Shown: positions 50,462 through 61,149 of the stretch, piece after piece
How the letters are laid out: the number at the start of each line of letters is the position of its first letter
Numbering within the stretch: the first letter of the stretch is position 1
Origin: Felis catus
Lineage: Eukaryota
Length of the DNA: 64,000 nucleotides
Direction: 5' to 3'
NCBI RefSeq assembly: GCF_018350175.1
Contig: NC_058368.1
Span: forward strand, 237,586,001 to 237,650,000
Translations under genes and position numbers: made by a program
Notes under the pieces: generated by a model
The model's database searches: none
Told to the model about the DNA's origin: nothing
Seen by the model: only the letters and a program-made list of their open reading frames with translations

Positions 50462-50613
50462 TTGCTGTAAAACTGATTACCAACTAATTGTTAAAATCTT
50501 TGTGACTTTATAGAATTCCTAAGGTAGAAACAATCTTAGAAACTAACCTATCTGGGGGTTCTGGCCTAATTTCATTTTGCCCATAAGACAACCAAAGAGT
50601 AGAGATTCTTGAT
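50462..50613 (-). repeat. Inverted duplication, right arm (152 bp)
   Basis: ttgctgtaaaactgattacc...agtagagattcttgat is the reverse complement of 49506-49661. Confidence 0.97.
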
Positions 50614-50832
50614 CTCTAACGGCCTTAGACAGTCTTAGAAAGAGCTCTCATTGACGAAATTAGTTGTGTCAAGAGGCAGATTAACTGAATCATTTGAGAG
50701 GTGTTCCCCACCTTGCATACACATGGTTTAAGAATCTAGAAGATTCTACCCGAACTTACAACTTGGCTACAATGAGGTTTGACTCGTAACCCTCCTCTGT
50801 CCAGCCTTGAGTTGAGTTTCTGGTTGGATGGG

Positions 50833-51322
50833 CGATGGTCTTAGGGTTCTCCAGAGGAACAGAACCAGTAGGATCTGTCTGTCCATATGTCTATCTGTAT
50901 ATCATCTATCTCAGTTAACTGTCACTGAGAGAGAGAGAGAGAGAGAGTGGGAGAGAGATTTTAAGCAATCAGCTCACACTTGTGGGGACGGACACGTCCG
51001 AAATGCTCAAGGCAGGCCGGTGGGCTGGAAACCCAGGGAAGGACTGATACGGAAGTCTCGAGCCTGGAACGTGAAGGCCGAAGTTCAGTCTGTGTTGCAG
51101 TCCTGAGAACCGCTTCTCCTCGGACCTCAATCCTCGTTCGTGAGTCCTCCACTGATTGGATGAGGCCCACCCACTTTCTAGGAGGTCTTCTCTTTGAATC
51201 CAAGCCTACTGGCTTAAAAGTTAATCACGTCGAAAAAGCACCCTCCCACCACCTGGCTGGCATGTGACCAAACAACAGGGCACACAGTCTGCCCAAGACG
51301 ACCCGTAAAATTAATCCTCACG
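50833..51322 (-). mobile_element. MLT2-type (ERVL) solo LTR
   Basis: ttagggttctccagaggaacagaaccagtagga, (GA)n, ctccactgattggatgaggcccaccca, and the terminus taaaattaatcctcac. Confidence 0.88.
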
Positions 51323-51440
51323 GTGATGGTGTTTCCTCGTTTGCTCGGGACAGCCCTGATTCGCACAGACTGTCGGTGTAATTATTACTGGCACCCAGCA
51401 CTCTCCTGAAGTGTTGCAGTTCAAAGCACAGACTCATCCC
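51323..51440 (+). mobile_element. MER94-like hAT-Blackjack MITE
   Basis: gtttgctcgggacagccctg...gtaattattactggcacccagcactctcctgaagtgt. Confidence 0.6.
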
Positions 51441-51935
51441 ACTTCAAGGGAAGTGCCTGGGACTCTATCAAGCCTACAGAACAGGTTATAGGGACTTTTA
51501 TACCTGCTTGGCCATAAAGCTGTGCTTAATGGGTTTCATAGGTGTAGCCTAATTGAGCCTAATATTCGCTTTCATTATAATGACATTATGAGGTTAGGAG
51601 AATTAGTTAACCTTCACCCTCCTAAAGTTTTCTACAGCTGTTCTGAGAAGTTACAGCCGTGGTTGTTCTTTTACTGGTGGAGCCCAGGGTCCCTGGATCT
51701 GAGGCCGGCCCCTGGCTGACCTCTGAGCTGGCTTCGGGGGAGGGGGCAGTGGCTGGCCTTGGGAGTGGTGTGGAAGGGTGCCTTCCTTCCGGAACTCAAG
51801 TCTCGCTCCCTGGTCCTCCTCAGTCCAAGTCCCTTCACGGGACCTCTTTTCTCCAAGTCAGGTTCACAAGCTCTCTGAATCATGATACACTGGGGACTCG
51901 CTAAAAACGCCCAACTCAGACCCGACCCATCAGAA

Positions 51936-52408
51936 TGGGGAGGGCAGCCAGCCTTCAAGATGACCCCCCAGGGCCCAGCCTCCTGGGTCCACGCCCTTGT
52001 CCCCCTCCCACGTGGGACCAAGATGTGGCCAGCAGAAGGTGCAAGAGTGACAGCACATCACTTCTGGAGGCTGGTCACCAGGGCCCCGGGCTCCGCCTTG
52101 CTCTCTTGGACCACTGGCTCTCAGGACGTCCGGCCACCACATCTAGAGGGCCCCCAGGCAGCCCCGGGGACAGGCCTCCCACCAACACCCACGCGAGGAG
52201 CCGCCTCGGAAGTGGATCTCGCAGTCCTGGTCGAGACCGCAGGGAGGCGGCCCCGCGGGTGGACGGACCCCAGCTGGCGAAAGCCTTGAACCGGGACCAC
52301 GTAGCTGTTCTCAGACTCAGACCCTCAGCAGCTGTAACCCGTAGACGTCTGTGTTTCAAGCTGCTCAGCGTGGGGCCGGTGTGCCACTCAGGGGTCGGCA
52401 ACGAGTGC
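51936..52408 (+). mobile_element. MLT1F-like MaLR solo LTR, strongly GC-shifted
   Basis: cagccttcaagatgacccccca...cctcctgggtccacgcccttgt...ctccgccttgctctcttggaccactggctc...ggaagtggatc...gtttcaagctgct. Confidence 0.78.
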
Positions 52409-52699
52409 CCGGGGAGACGCCGTCACAGGAGTGTCTCAGGGCCCCCACCAGGGAGCCCTCACCACAGGTGCATCACGCAGGCCCCCGGGATGGGCAGTGA
52501 GACGCGGCCGCACAACTGAGGCTGTGGGAACCTGTGGGGCCTGCTCTCCACCCGTCGGAGGGAGCTTCTAACAGGGAAAGTGGCCCGTCACCCACTGTTC
52601 CAACAACCTCGGTGGTTCCCACCTCGATCATCCCTTTTGTGATCCCATCCCTGCTGGACCAGCCCCACACGACCCATGCCAGGCCCCTCCGTGACCTCG

Positions 52700-52873
52700 T
52701 TCCCCCCCCGCCCCTCCCCTCCACTCTCCTCCCCTCCTCTCCCCTTCCCCTCACTGTTCCTTCCCTCTCCCCTCCCCCTCCCCTCTCCCTCCTCTCCTTT
52801 CCCCCTCCCCTCACTGTTTTCCCCCTCCCCTCCCTCCCCTCCCTCCCCCTCCCTCTCGACCCACTCCCTTCCC
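52700..52873. repeat. Low-complexity (CCCT/CCCCT)n polypyrimidine tract
   Basis: About 170 nt almost purely C/T on the + strand. Confidence 0.92.
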
Positions 52874-52929
52874 TGCCTACCTCACCTGCACACTCCAGCT
52901 CCCACGCAGCCCTGACCCAGTTGCCTTCA

Positions 52930-53078
52930 CTTGTCTGTTTATTGTCTGTCCCCCCCCTGGCGTGTCAGCACCGGGAAGGTGAGGGCCCGCTCCGCCTGGC
53001 TCGTTGCTGTCTTCCCACCATCTCGACACGCACCTGACACTTGGCCGTGCCCCAACCAGTGTTTGTTGAACACGTGGA
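52930..53078 (+). mobile_element. L2a-like 3' end
   Basis: tttattgtctgtccccccc...cacctgacacttggccgtgccccaaccagtgtttgttgaa. Confidence 0.65.
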
Positions 53079-54867
53079 AAAAACACCCGCCTGGAGAATT
53101 CACCTTTCACAGCTAAGCCCCAGCGTCGACCATTTCCAGCCTACTTTTTTTTCCGTGAATTTCCCAGTCTGTGTCATTTTCACAGGCTGATTAATTAAAA
53201 TCGAGACTATGACAACATATAATTATATTTCAATTAAAATGCTTAAAATGAAGACTCAGCTTGGGGCTCCCCTCTTCACGGTGCTTTGTACCTCTGCACC
53301 TGGGTGCTCTCCCATGGGTCGGATCCCTCCCAGCCCTGGGGACATCTGAGGGACTTAGTCACACCGTGCCTTCCCCCACACACCGTCCAGCCTTTCTGGG
53401 CCAGGTAAACATCTCGTGTCTCCAGCACCGGGGGCATCAAACTTTGCCCGAGGGCCACACCTGGCCCACCACCGGCCGCAGTAGCGTGGCGTTCATCAGA
53501 GCACGTCCGCGTGTCCACATACTGCCCGCTTTCAGGCCACAATGCCAGAGCTGGGCAGGAGCCACAGGGATGACAGGGGCCGAGAGACCCAAACGATGTC
53601 TATTTGGTTCTTGACGTACGGTTTGCCAATCTCTGGTCTAGCACACAGGAGACACTGAGTGGCACTCAAGTCTCGAAAGGGACAAACGTGTAACTTGAGG
53701 AACACTGTCACGAGTAAGTCAGTATCAGTAGGAAAGTTAAATGGATACGACTCGGCCATTTTCTGAGTCCCCCCGAAACCGGCTCTTTGAAAATTCCAAG
53801 ATATGAAGAAGTGGGTCACATACAGAGTGTCCTGTTCTGTGGCATCCCTATCACAGAGCCCAGGCCTGGAAATTCCAGCATTTTCTATGCAATGCAGCTA
53901 ATGCGTGCTAACTCTCTGCCCTAAGTGTTCTAAAACTAGACACATTAACAGTAGCTTAGGAAGTTTCGAATAAACGGTTGTGACGGCTTTTGATGTGAAA
54001 TATAGTCCGTGATTAATGGATCCTTTAACATTAATGATTTTATCCCGGCCATATTACTTTAATTTGCCTTTAAAATGGATGAGCAACCTTCGAAGTTTCC
54101 ACTTAGGGGTGATTTTTACTTGGCACCAAGATGAGATGTATGGATTTAATATCCCACAGAAAACGCTGGATTTCCACGGGTCTTAAGAACAAAAGTCAGC
54201 AACTCCTTGTGCATTTCTGGCCCCTCTCTGATGGTAGCCAATGTCTACACGGGGCACATCTCAGGCTTGAGCCTTCCCAAAGCACAGGGTCTTTTTACTG
54301 TACAAATGACTTCTCCAGTGGTGTTCAGAGTGCTTAGGTGGGGTATAATCATTTATACAGAGTTGAAACTGAACAGGAGCAAATGAATATCAAAGGCACG
54401 GCCATTAAAAATCATTAAAAACCATTAATTATGACCCTCGTCATTCCCAGGATTCTCCAGGCTTGGGAAGCCGAAGGCATCCCTGTGGGCGGTGAAGACT
54501 CTGGCAGCCTCCCCAGGCGCAGAGGCAGAGGAAGGGTTTCCCTGGGAAGGAGCGTCCACGCCTTCCGGGGTCTGACAGTCTTCATGAAACCTAGCTGGTG
54601 AGCTGAAAAGTCCTCTCTTCACTTCCACAAGACACCAGATTCATCGAACGGAATATATCACTTCCTTTCATTTGCACTTTGTCCCCCGCAACCCTGTGGG
54701 CCGGTGGGGGCTCTTCCCATTTGTGCACCTTTGTCCTATGAAAATGCACAGTAAGAGAATCGTATCGGTGCCGATCCTGAGAGACTCCCACACGTGGACC
54801 CTGACAACCTTTTCCCTTACGTCTTTTAACGGAGAGATTTAAAAACACTCACTGGGGTAAAATTTTA

Positions 54868-54926
54868 AGGTTCGACCATGATAAAGAGCGTTCGATCATG
54901 ATAAAGAGGTTCAACCATGATAAAGG
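54868..54926. repeat. Three-copy ~20-nt tandem repeat
   Basis: ggttcgaccatgataaaga / gcgttcgatcatgataaaga / ggttcaaccatgataaagg. Confidence 0.92.
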
Positions 54927-55314
54927 ATTGCGTATTCTCCACATATGTTGGGTGAATTCTGAGCTCCTTAGAAAGCATTTGCAGGCATTATGAAGAGGCT
55001 GAAAAGGACACATGTTAGCTAGGGAATGGAAATTAATAATCACTCACTGGGAACACTATATTAAGGATGAGAAAACAGTATGTCTTCTAAGTGTTTCAGG
55101 TGTGTTTCCTTCTTCCACAGACCATTCACATTCCAGCCACATCTTCTCCAAATGAACACAACTGCACTGTCTGATGTAGGACTGTACGTGCTTTCAAAGC
55201 TGCTAAGGAATATGATCACTGTTGTGTAAATTCATCACCACACTTGACCATCAAGTCGAACCTTCCCACATACCTGGACAACTTTTTATTTTCTTCGTTT
55301 TATAAATGTAGTTT

Positions 55315-55530
55315 AAAAATTGTTTTTAGCCTTCATTTATTTTTGAGAGAGAGAGAGACAGAGTGCGAGCAGGGGAGGGGCAGAGAGAGAAGGAGACACA
55401 GAATCGAAAGCAGACTCCAGGTTCCGAGCTGTCAGCATAGAGCCCGACACAGGGCTCGAACTCAAGGACCTTGAGATCACGACCTGAGCCGAAGTCTGAC
55501 ATTTTGCTGACTGAGCCACCCAAGCACCCC
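55315..55530 (-). mobile_element. Can-SINE (SINEC_Fc-like)
   Basis: Full antisense SINE; perfect TSD tataaatgtagttt 55301-55314 / 55531-55544. Confidence 0.97.
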
Positions 55531-55667
55531 TATAAATGTAGTTTTGATGTGATATTGGGTGAAGAAAACTTTCAAGCCTAAATGGTAAATGGTACATTAC
55601 AGGTTTTGGAAACTGGACAGAGAAGTTTAATGTATTTTGAATGCTTTCATTCAAATATAAATAGATT

Positions 55668-55847
55668 TTATATATATTTTATATATATATATACACACAC
55701 ACACACATATACATACATATACATATGCATATATATGTGTATATATACATACATATACATATGCATGTATATACATACATATACATATGCATATATATAC
55801 ATACATATACATATATATATGTATATATATGTACACACATGCACACA
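55668..55847. repeat. Compound (TA)n/(CA)n/(TACA)n microsatellite
   Basis: Alternating purine-pyrimidine tract read directly. Confidence 0.95.
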
Positions 55848-56029
55848 ATAGAAATGCTAAAGGATCCAGAGGTGACCAGAGCATACAGTGAGTGGTCTCA
55901 CATGTGCCACAAAAGCTGTTATTCCTTATCCACTTCGAAGTGGCCCCAAATCCTGTATTTTGCACTAAGTTTCTCCAATGCTTCATAAAGGGAATGTGTG
56001 GGCTTTTGTATCTTCTCAAGTGATTTACA

Positions 56030-56387
56030 CAGTAGACCCTTGAGCAACTCAGGGGTTAGGGGTGCCGACCCCCTGCACAATCAAAAAATCTGTGCCTGAC
56101 TTTTGACTCCCCTCCTGCAAAACTCAACTACCAATAGCTTACTGTTGACTGGAAGCCTATCGATAACATAAAGTCTATTAATACATATTTGGTGTGTTTA
56201 TAGTATTACATACTATATTCTTACAATAAAGTCAGTTAGAGGAAAGCCAATGTCATTAAGAAAATTATAAGGCAGAGAAAATACATTCACAGTCCTGTAC
56301 TGTATTTACTGAAAAAACTCTTTGTCTTAAACTCTTTGTTTAAGAGAAACTGCACAGTTCAAACCCTTGTTCTCTGAGGGTCAACTG
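56030..56387 (+). mobile_element. Tigger2a-like (TcMar-Tigger) non-autonomous DNA transposon, both ends present
   Basis: TIRs cagtagacccttgagcaac / gttctctgagggtcaactg followed by TA; internal ggggttaggggtgccgacccc and ctgttgactggaagcct. Confidence 0.9.
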
Positions 56388-56994
56388 TATTTGAACAGGC
56401 TACGTTAATGTTGAAAAAGAATACCTTTAACCTATTCTCAATTTATTCAGATCTTTCCACTCAGAGATCAATCTCTGTAATGGTTTAGCCTTCACATCCT
56501 CTCTACAATACAGAACTGCATTTCGATCAAGTGTTCTGTGAGGATTTTGATTAGAAGTTCCCCAAGCAGTGCACTCAGGTGAAGGCATTCCAGCAGAAAC
56601 ATAAACTCAATTTGAAAATTGCTGGCTACATATGTTTTTATACAGAATGCATTTCCCTTCATGTAAGCAATTCTGTCTAGCAGTTGACTGGTCGCGTGTT
56701 GACAAATGGCCAATACTACCTGAGATATAAGAATTCAAGGATACTAGTGAAAACAGACAGATAAACAAACAGTACCACGTAAAGTTTAGAGAGGCCCCCA
56801 GCCTAAATGCCTAAAACCAGAAGCACATTTCCTGCAAGTTGCACATGTTAGCATCTCGGATTAACATAGTTCACAGCATGAACCGGGACGATGTATAGAT
56901 GCGTGTGTGTGTGTGTTTTATTTCTGCACAATTTCATTAAAAACATTTTGCATGAATAATGCAAAATGATTTCTCATGGTAAAATATTTAGACA

Positions 56995-57800
56995 GTAACA
57001 AAGAAGAAAAAATTGAAATCACAGACCTGTGTTTCCAATTTAAAAAGCCAGAAAAAGAAGTGCAAATTCAATGTAGTTCAAGTAGAAGGAAAATGAATAG
57101 TAGAACAGAAGTCAATGAAATAGAAAACAGAAAAGCAATAGAGAAAATTAACAAAATCCAAAGTTAGTTAATTGAAAATATTAATATGAGGTATAATCTC
57201 CTAGTAAGATTCATGAATGACTGGACAGGACTACCTGCCTTAAAGACATTTGAAATCTAAATGATATGCAATAGCCTTTAAATATTCTTAGGATATATAT
57301 ACATAGGTGTCCCCACTCACTTGGTAATCAATTTTACAACGTAGAAGAAATGGATTAATTCAAAGGAAACCACAACTTAGAAAAACTTACACATGAAGAG
57401 ATAGAAAATATGAATAGTCCTACAGCCATTAGAAACTTAATTTGTAATAAAAATCTTTCCCACAAAGGACACTCCATATTATGCCATTGGTAAATTTTAT
57501 CAAAGATTTAGAGAAGAAAGAGTGGAAATAGTACCAATTTTATGCAAACACTTTCAGGAGGTACAGAAAAGGGACACACTCCCCAAACCATTTGGTAAAG
57601 CGAACAGTTCCCTAGCAACAAAATCTGAGAAGGATTTTGCAAAAATAAAGAAGCCACCTTTATGACAACACTAGGCACAAATATTCTGTAGAGGATTGGC
57701 AAATTGAGTCCAGCAGTGTATGTGATGCTTTGGTGGGTTTTATCCCAGAAAAGCAAAGTTCATTAACATTTGACAATCAATCACTAAAGCTCATCAACTC
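56995..57800 (+). mobile_element. Old L1 ORF2 fragment (linker between endonuclease and RT), pseudogenised
   Basis: ORF 56976-57167 reads KEEK..DLCFQFKKPEKEVQ..SRRK..EVNEIENRKAIEKINK, like L1 ORF2; downstream gaagaaatgga...gaagagatagaaaatatgaatagtcc and gtgggttttatcccag. Confidence 0.82.
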
Positions 57801-58370
57801 ACAGGGAATGATCTGCCTACTTCTTAAGTCCATGGCACTTACAGCTACTGGTGAAACAGTGGCTCCTCTTTTCAGCAAATAATATACTAATATATACTAA
57901 TCCAGACTATTAGCAAGTTGGTTTAATGAAAAGAATCTATGGAGAAAATTTGTCTGTGTGGATAAAATGTAAAGTACATACTTAACACAGTAGATTCTAA
58001 AATATCTGCATATACAGGTTTCAAAGATTTTGGTTTCATCAACTCTACAATGGAGTTTCTTCTGAATGTGAATTTGCCTACGTGACTTCCTTGTTTTGTG
58101 TGTCCGCATGAGTTTTAAGCCGACCCCTTCGTGTGTGTAATTCAATAATCCTAGTTCTTCCTGATTTCTCCAATCCAGAGAGGACTGTGACAGTCTGAAG
58201 AGGGAAGAATGCCTAGTCCTGATCTACCCTTCTGCAGGTTACTCAGAATAAGACAATTTTCGTGATGGAGTTGCTAAGATAATGTCAATGTCTTCTAAAA
58301 TTAGACATAAAACACTCCTTCTGCCATAATTGCCTAGCAACTCCAAAATATCTAATGAACTATAATTTGA

Positions 58371-58565
58371 TCTTGTTTTTAAAAAAATGTTTATTTATTT
58401 ATTGGGGGGGAGGGACAGAGATAGAGGGAGAGAGAGAATCCCAAGCAGGCTCTGTCTTGTCAGCATAGAGCCTGATGTGGGGCTCAAACTCACAAACCAT
58501 GAGGTCTTGACCTGAGCTAAAATCAAGAGTCAGATGCTTAACTGACTCAGCCACCCAGAAAACCC
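58371..58565 (-). mobile_element. Can-SINE, older subfamily, CpG-decayed
   Basis: gaatcccaagcaggctctgtcttgtcagcatagagcctgatgtggggctcaaactcac...aatcaagagtcagatgcttaactgac. Confidence 0.93.
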
Positions 58566-58694
58566 TAAACTCGAATTTTAAAGTATAGAAACAAAACCTC
58601 TTAGTGTATTCATATAATACAGCTAATCAATAAAAAAGTGCTTTTAAGAACTATTATTTATTTCATCTCCGATATTCTCTGTGTAATATAGAGG

Positions 58695-58696
<2 letters not shown>

Positions 58697-58727
<31 letters not shown>

Positions 58728-58741
58728 TGTGTGTCTGTGTG
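58697..58741. repeat. (TG)n microsatellite
   Basis: gtgtgtgt... with two tc interruptions. Confidence 0.95.
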
Positions 58742-60403
58742 CATGTACCCTCTTATGTAAACAAAGAAATTAATGTGTGTAAGCCTAATGAAAATATCTG
58801 CTTTTAATGGAGGGCTGATGCCAGAACGCACATCTGAGCCTGTGGAGCGGGCAGGTATTCGCAGAGCTCCAAGGTGTATAAGGCCAGACACGACCCTATC
58901 TATTTGGTAAAGTCATATTTAATACTCTTACTTAAGCCACAGTAGCCTTTAGCTGTCCACTCCAGGACAGGGTCAGAGAAGCAGAGCAGGAGTAGGTTAG
59001 ATGTGGAAAGCTGGAAGATGGCATGCAGAATATCCAAACCAAGTGGTAAGGTCAGTTTGGATCCACATCAGGCCATGAAGATTTGCCGGATTCCTTACTG
59101 GGGAGGGGGACTGTGGCAAATGAGAGCAGGGGACAAGACATCTAATGTGAGGGCGACCCTCAGCTGGCCCAGGAGAATCATGTTTAGGGATATTTTATGA
59201 TGGTATGGTCTCTGCCCATGAGCATGACCCCCAGTCTTGAGAGCACAGCAGGGAGGGGGCTACAGAGTTGGTAGGTGCGGACAGCGATTATCCAGTAGGA
59301 TAATCCAGCTGTCCGGCAAAGGCTGAGAGTGTGTGTATGTCTTAAAATGAATTATTCATGTACCAGTAAAGACTCTTAGTATGAAAAGGAAGCCCTCTTT
59401 GGTAATATTTATACATTTCCATTCATGCGTTGGAAATACAACACAGACTTACATAGAAAAAAAAATCATCGGTTCGGTATTAAGTTCATAAATTTCCTCA
59501 TTTGATATGTAGGAAATAACAGTCCCTTTTTCTAGATATGGCAACGTAAGCCCAGATGTCCAACATCCCTCTTTCAAAAGCCAACAGTGATAATCAAAGG
59601 AAGCTAAAAATAGATTCAGTGCAGGAATCTGGGAAAGGGTATCATTAGAATGCCAGAAGGTTTAACGAGTTTCTTGGATATAGAGCACAGATGGGGCTAG
59701 ATTAAAAGAAGCCATGAGGCTCACATGTCCCGTCACGGAACAGCCTCCCGCTTCTTGGCAATGCTCCCAATACTCTCTGAAATGAGTGTGTTAGAACTGG
59801 ATGCAAAAGAAGAACCCCTCTATCTGGACCCCACATCTCCTTTCGGGGACAGACCAGTAGAATTCAGCAGTAGCTGTGCCAGGAGTTCGTAGAGAGAGAG
59901 GCACCGCCATGCAGAAACCTCAGTACAGCTCGTCCTCTCCTGCCTGAAAACTCCCCCCGAGACGCTGAGGCCCTGACAGCCTGGAGGCCGCTCTCCTGAC
60001 CCAGCGGGGTCGCTCTCAAACAAAAGACAGCAAAGCTCTGCATCAGTGGACTTAGCCCCAAGAAATCTAGAGTAGAGGCGTCACTGAACATAAAACTAGC
60101 TGGAGAACACCGGGCCCTGGAACAGCGGTTTCAGGAAACACGGGGGGAAAATACCAGAAGGGCAAATGAGGTGAGATCCCTCCCGGCCTCCGGGACTTTC
60201 CCTTGGGCATGGCATCCCTCAGCAGGGGACCTGAATTCACCGCTCAGCGTTTCAGCATAGAATGAAGTTCTTTCTAGCAGCATCAGGGAACCTGTATAGA
60301 AAATAAATTGTAAGCATGCATACTGAGACCTGCTTCTATTAAGCAGGAAAATGCAGGAAAACCAATATAGAATGTGGAAAAACATCCTACTTTGTAAAAT
60401 AAA

Positions 60404-60528
60404 CATATGTATACATATATTATATATATACATATTACATATATACATATAATATATATGCATATATATGCATATATCTAATATTAAATATATACATATA
60501 TATATCTATATATATATATGTATGTATA
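60404..60528. repeat. Degenerate (TA)n microsatellite
   Basis: Read directly. Confidence 0.92.
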
Positions 60529-60797
60529 AGGCTAAAAAGGAGGGAGAAATTCTTCTGGAAAAAATACTAAATGCAACTTATGTGCATTCAGAATCTGTGT
60601 TTTTACTCCCCCTGAATGTGAAGAAAACAGAAACTTTGAACTAGTGCATTAATAACAAGAGATGAAGGTAAGGGAATGTGGTGGGGTTCAGGAGGAGGGG
60701 GGAAAATAATACCTCAGGGCGATTACAATGTATAAGGAGCAGAAAGATTCAGAATCAGTAACCAACACTGATTCAGACTTACCGAAGAAAAACTCAA

Positions 60798-60994
60798 GGG
60801 GCGCCGGGTGGCTCAGTCGGTTCAGCATCTGACTCTCGACTTCAGCTCAGGTCATGATCTCGCGGTTCGTGTGTTTGAGCCCCACGTCAGGCTCTGTGCT
60901 GGCGGTGCAGATCCTGCTTGGGATTCTGTCTCCCTCTCTCTCTGTCCCTCCCCTGCTGCTCTCTCTTTCTCTCAAATAAAAACAAACAAAAAAA
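60798..60994 (+). mobile_element. Can-SINE, older subfamily
   Basis: ggggcgccgggtggctcagtcggtt...cctgcttgggattctgtctccctct...A-tail; TSD-like aaaaactcaag / aaaccctcaag. Confidence 0.94.
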
Positions 60995-61149
60995 AACCCT
61001 CAAGAAATATTTCCCAAAAGCAGATGTATAGGGCAGGGAGACAAAGGCCTTCAAAGGGAAAAAGAGAAGAAAATGGAGATAAAACCCAGACATTGGGTTC
61101 CTGCAAAAGAAATCACCTCAAGATGGCCCTTTTTTTTCTCTTGACACTT

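Noticed and set aside
54868..54926. Short repeats as a CRISPR-like array
   Set aside because: No spacers, only three abutting copies, mammalian context
55582..56019. Tyr/Ile/His-rich ORFs
   Set aside because: Microsatellite translation
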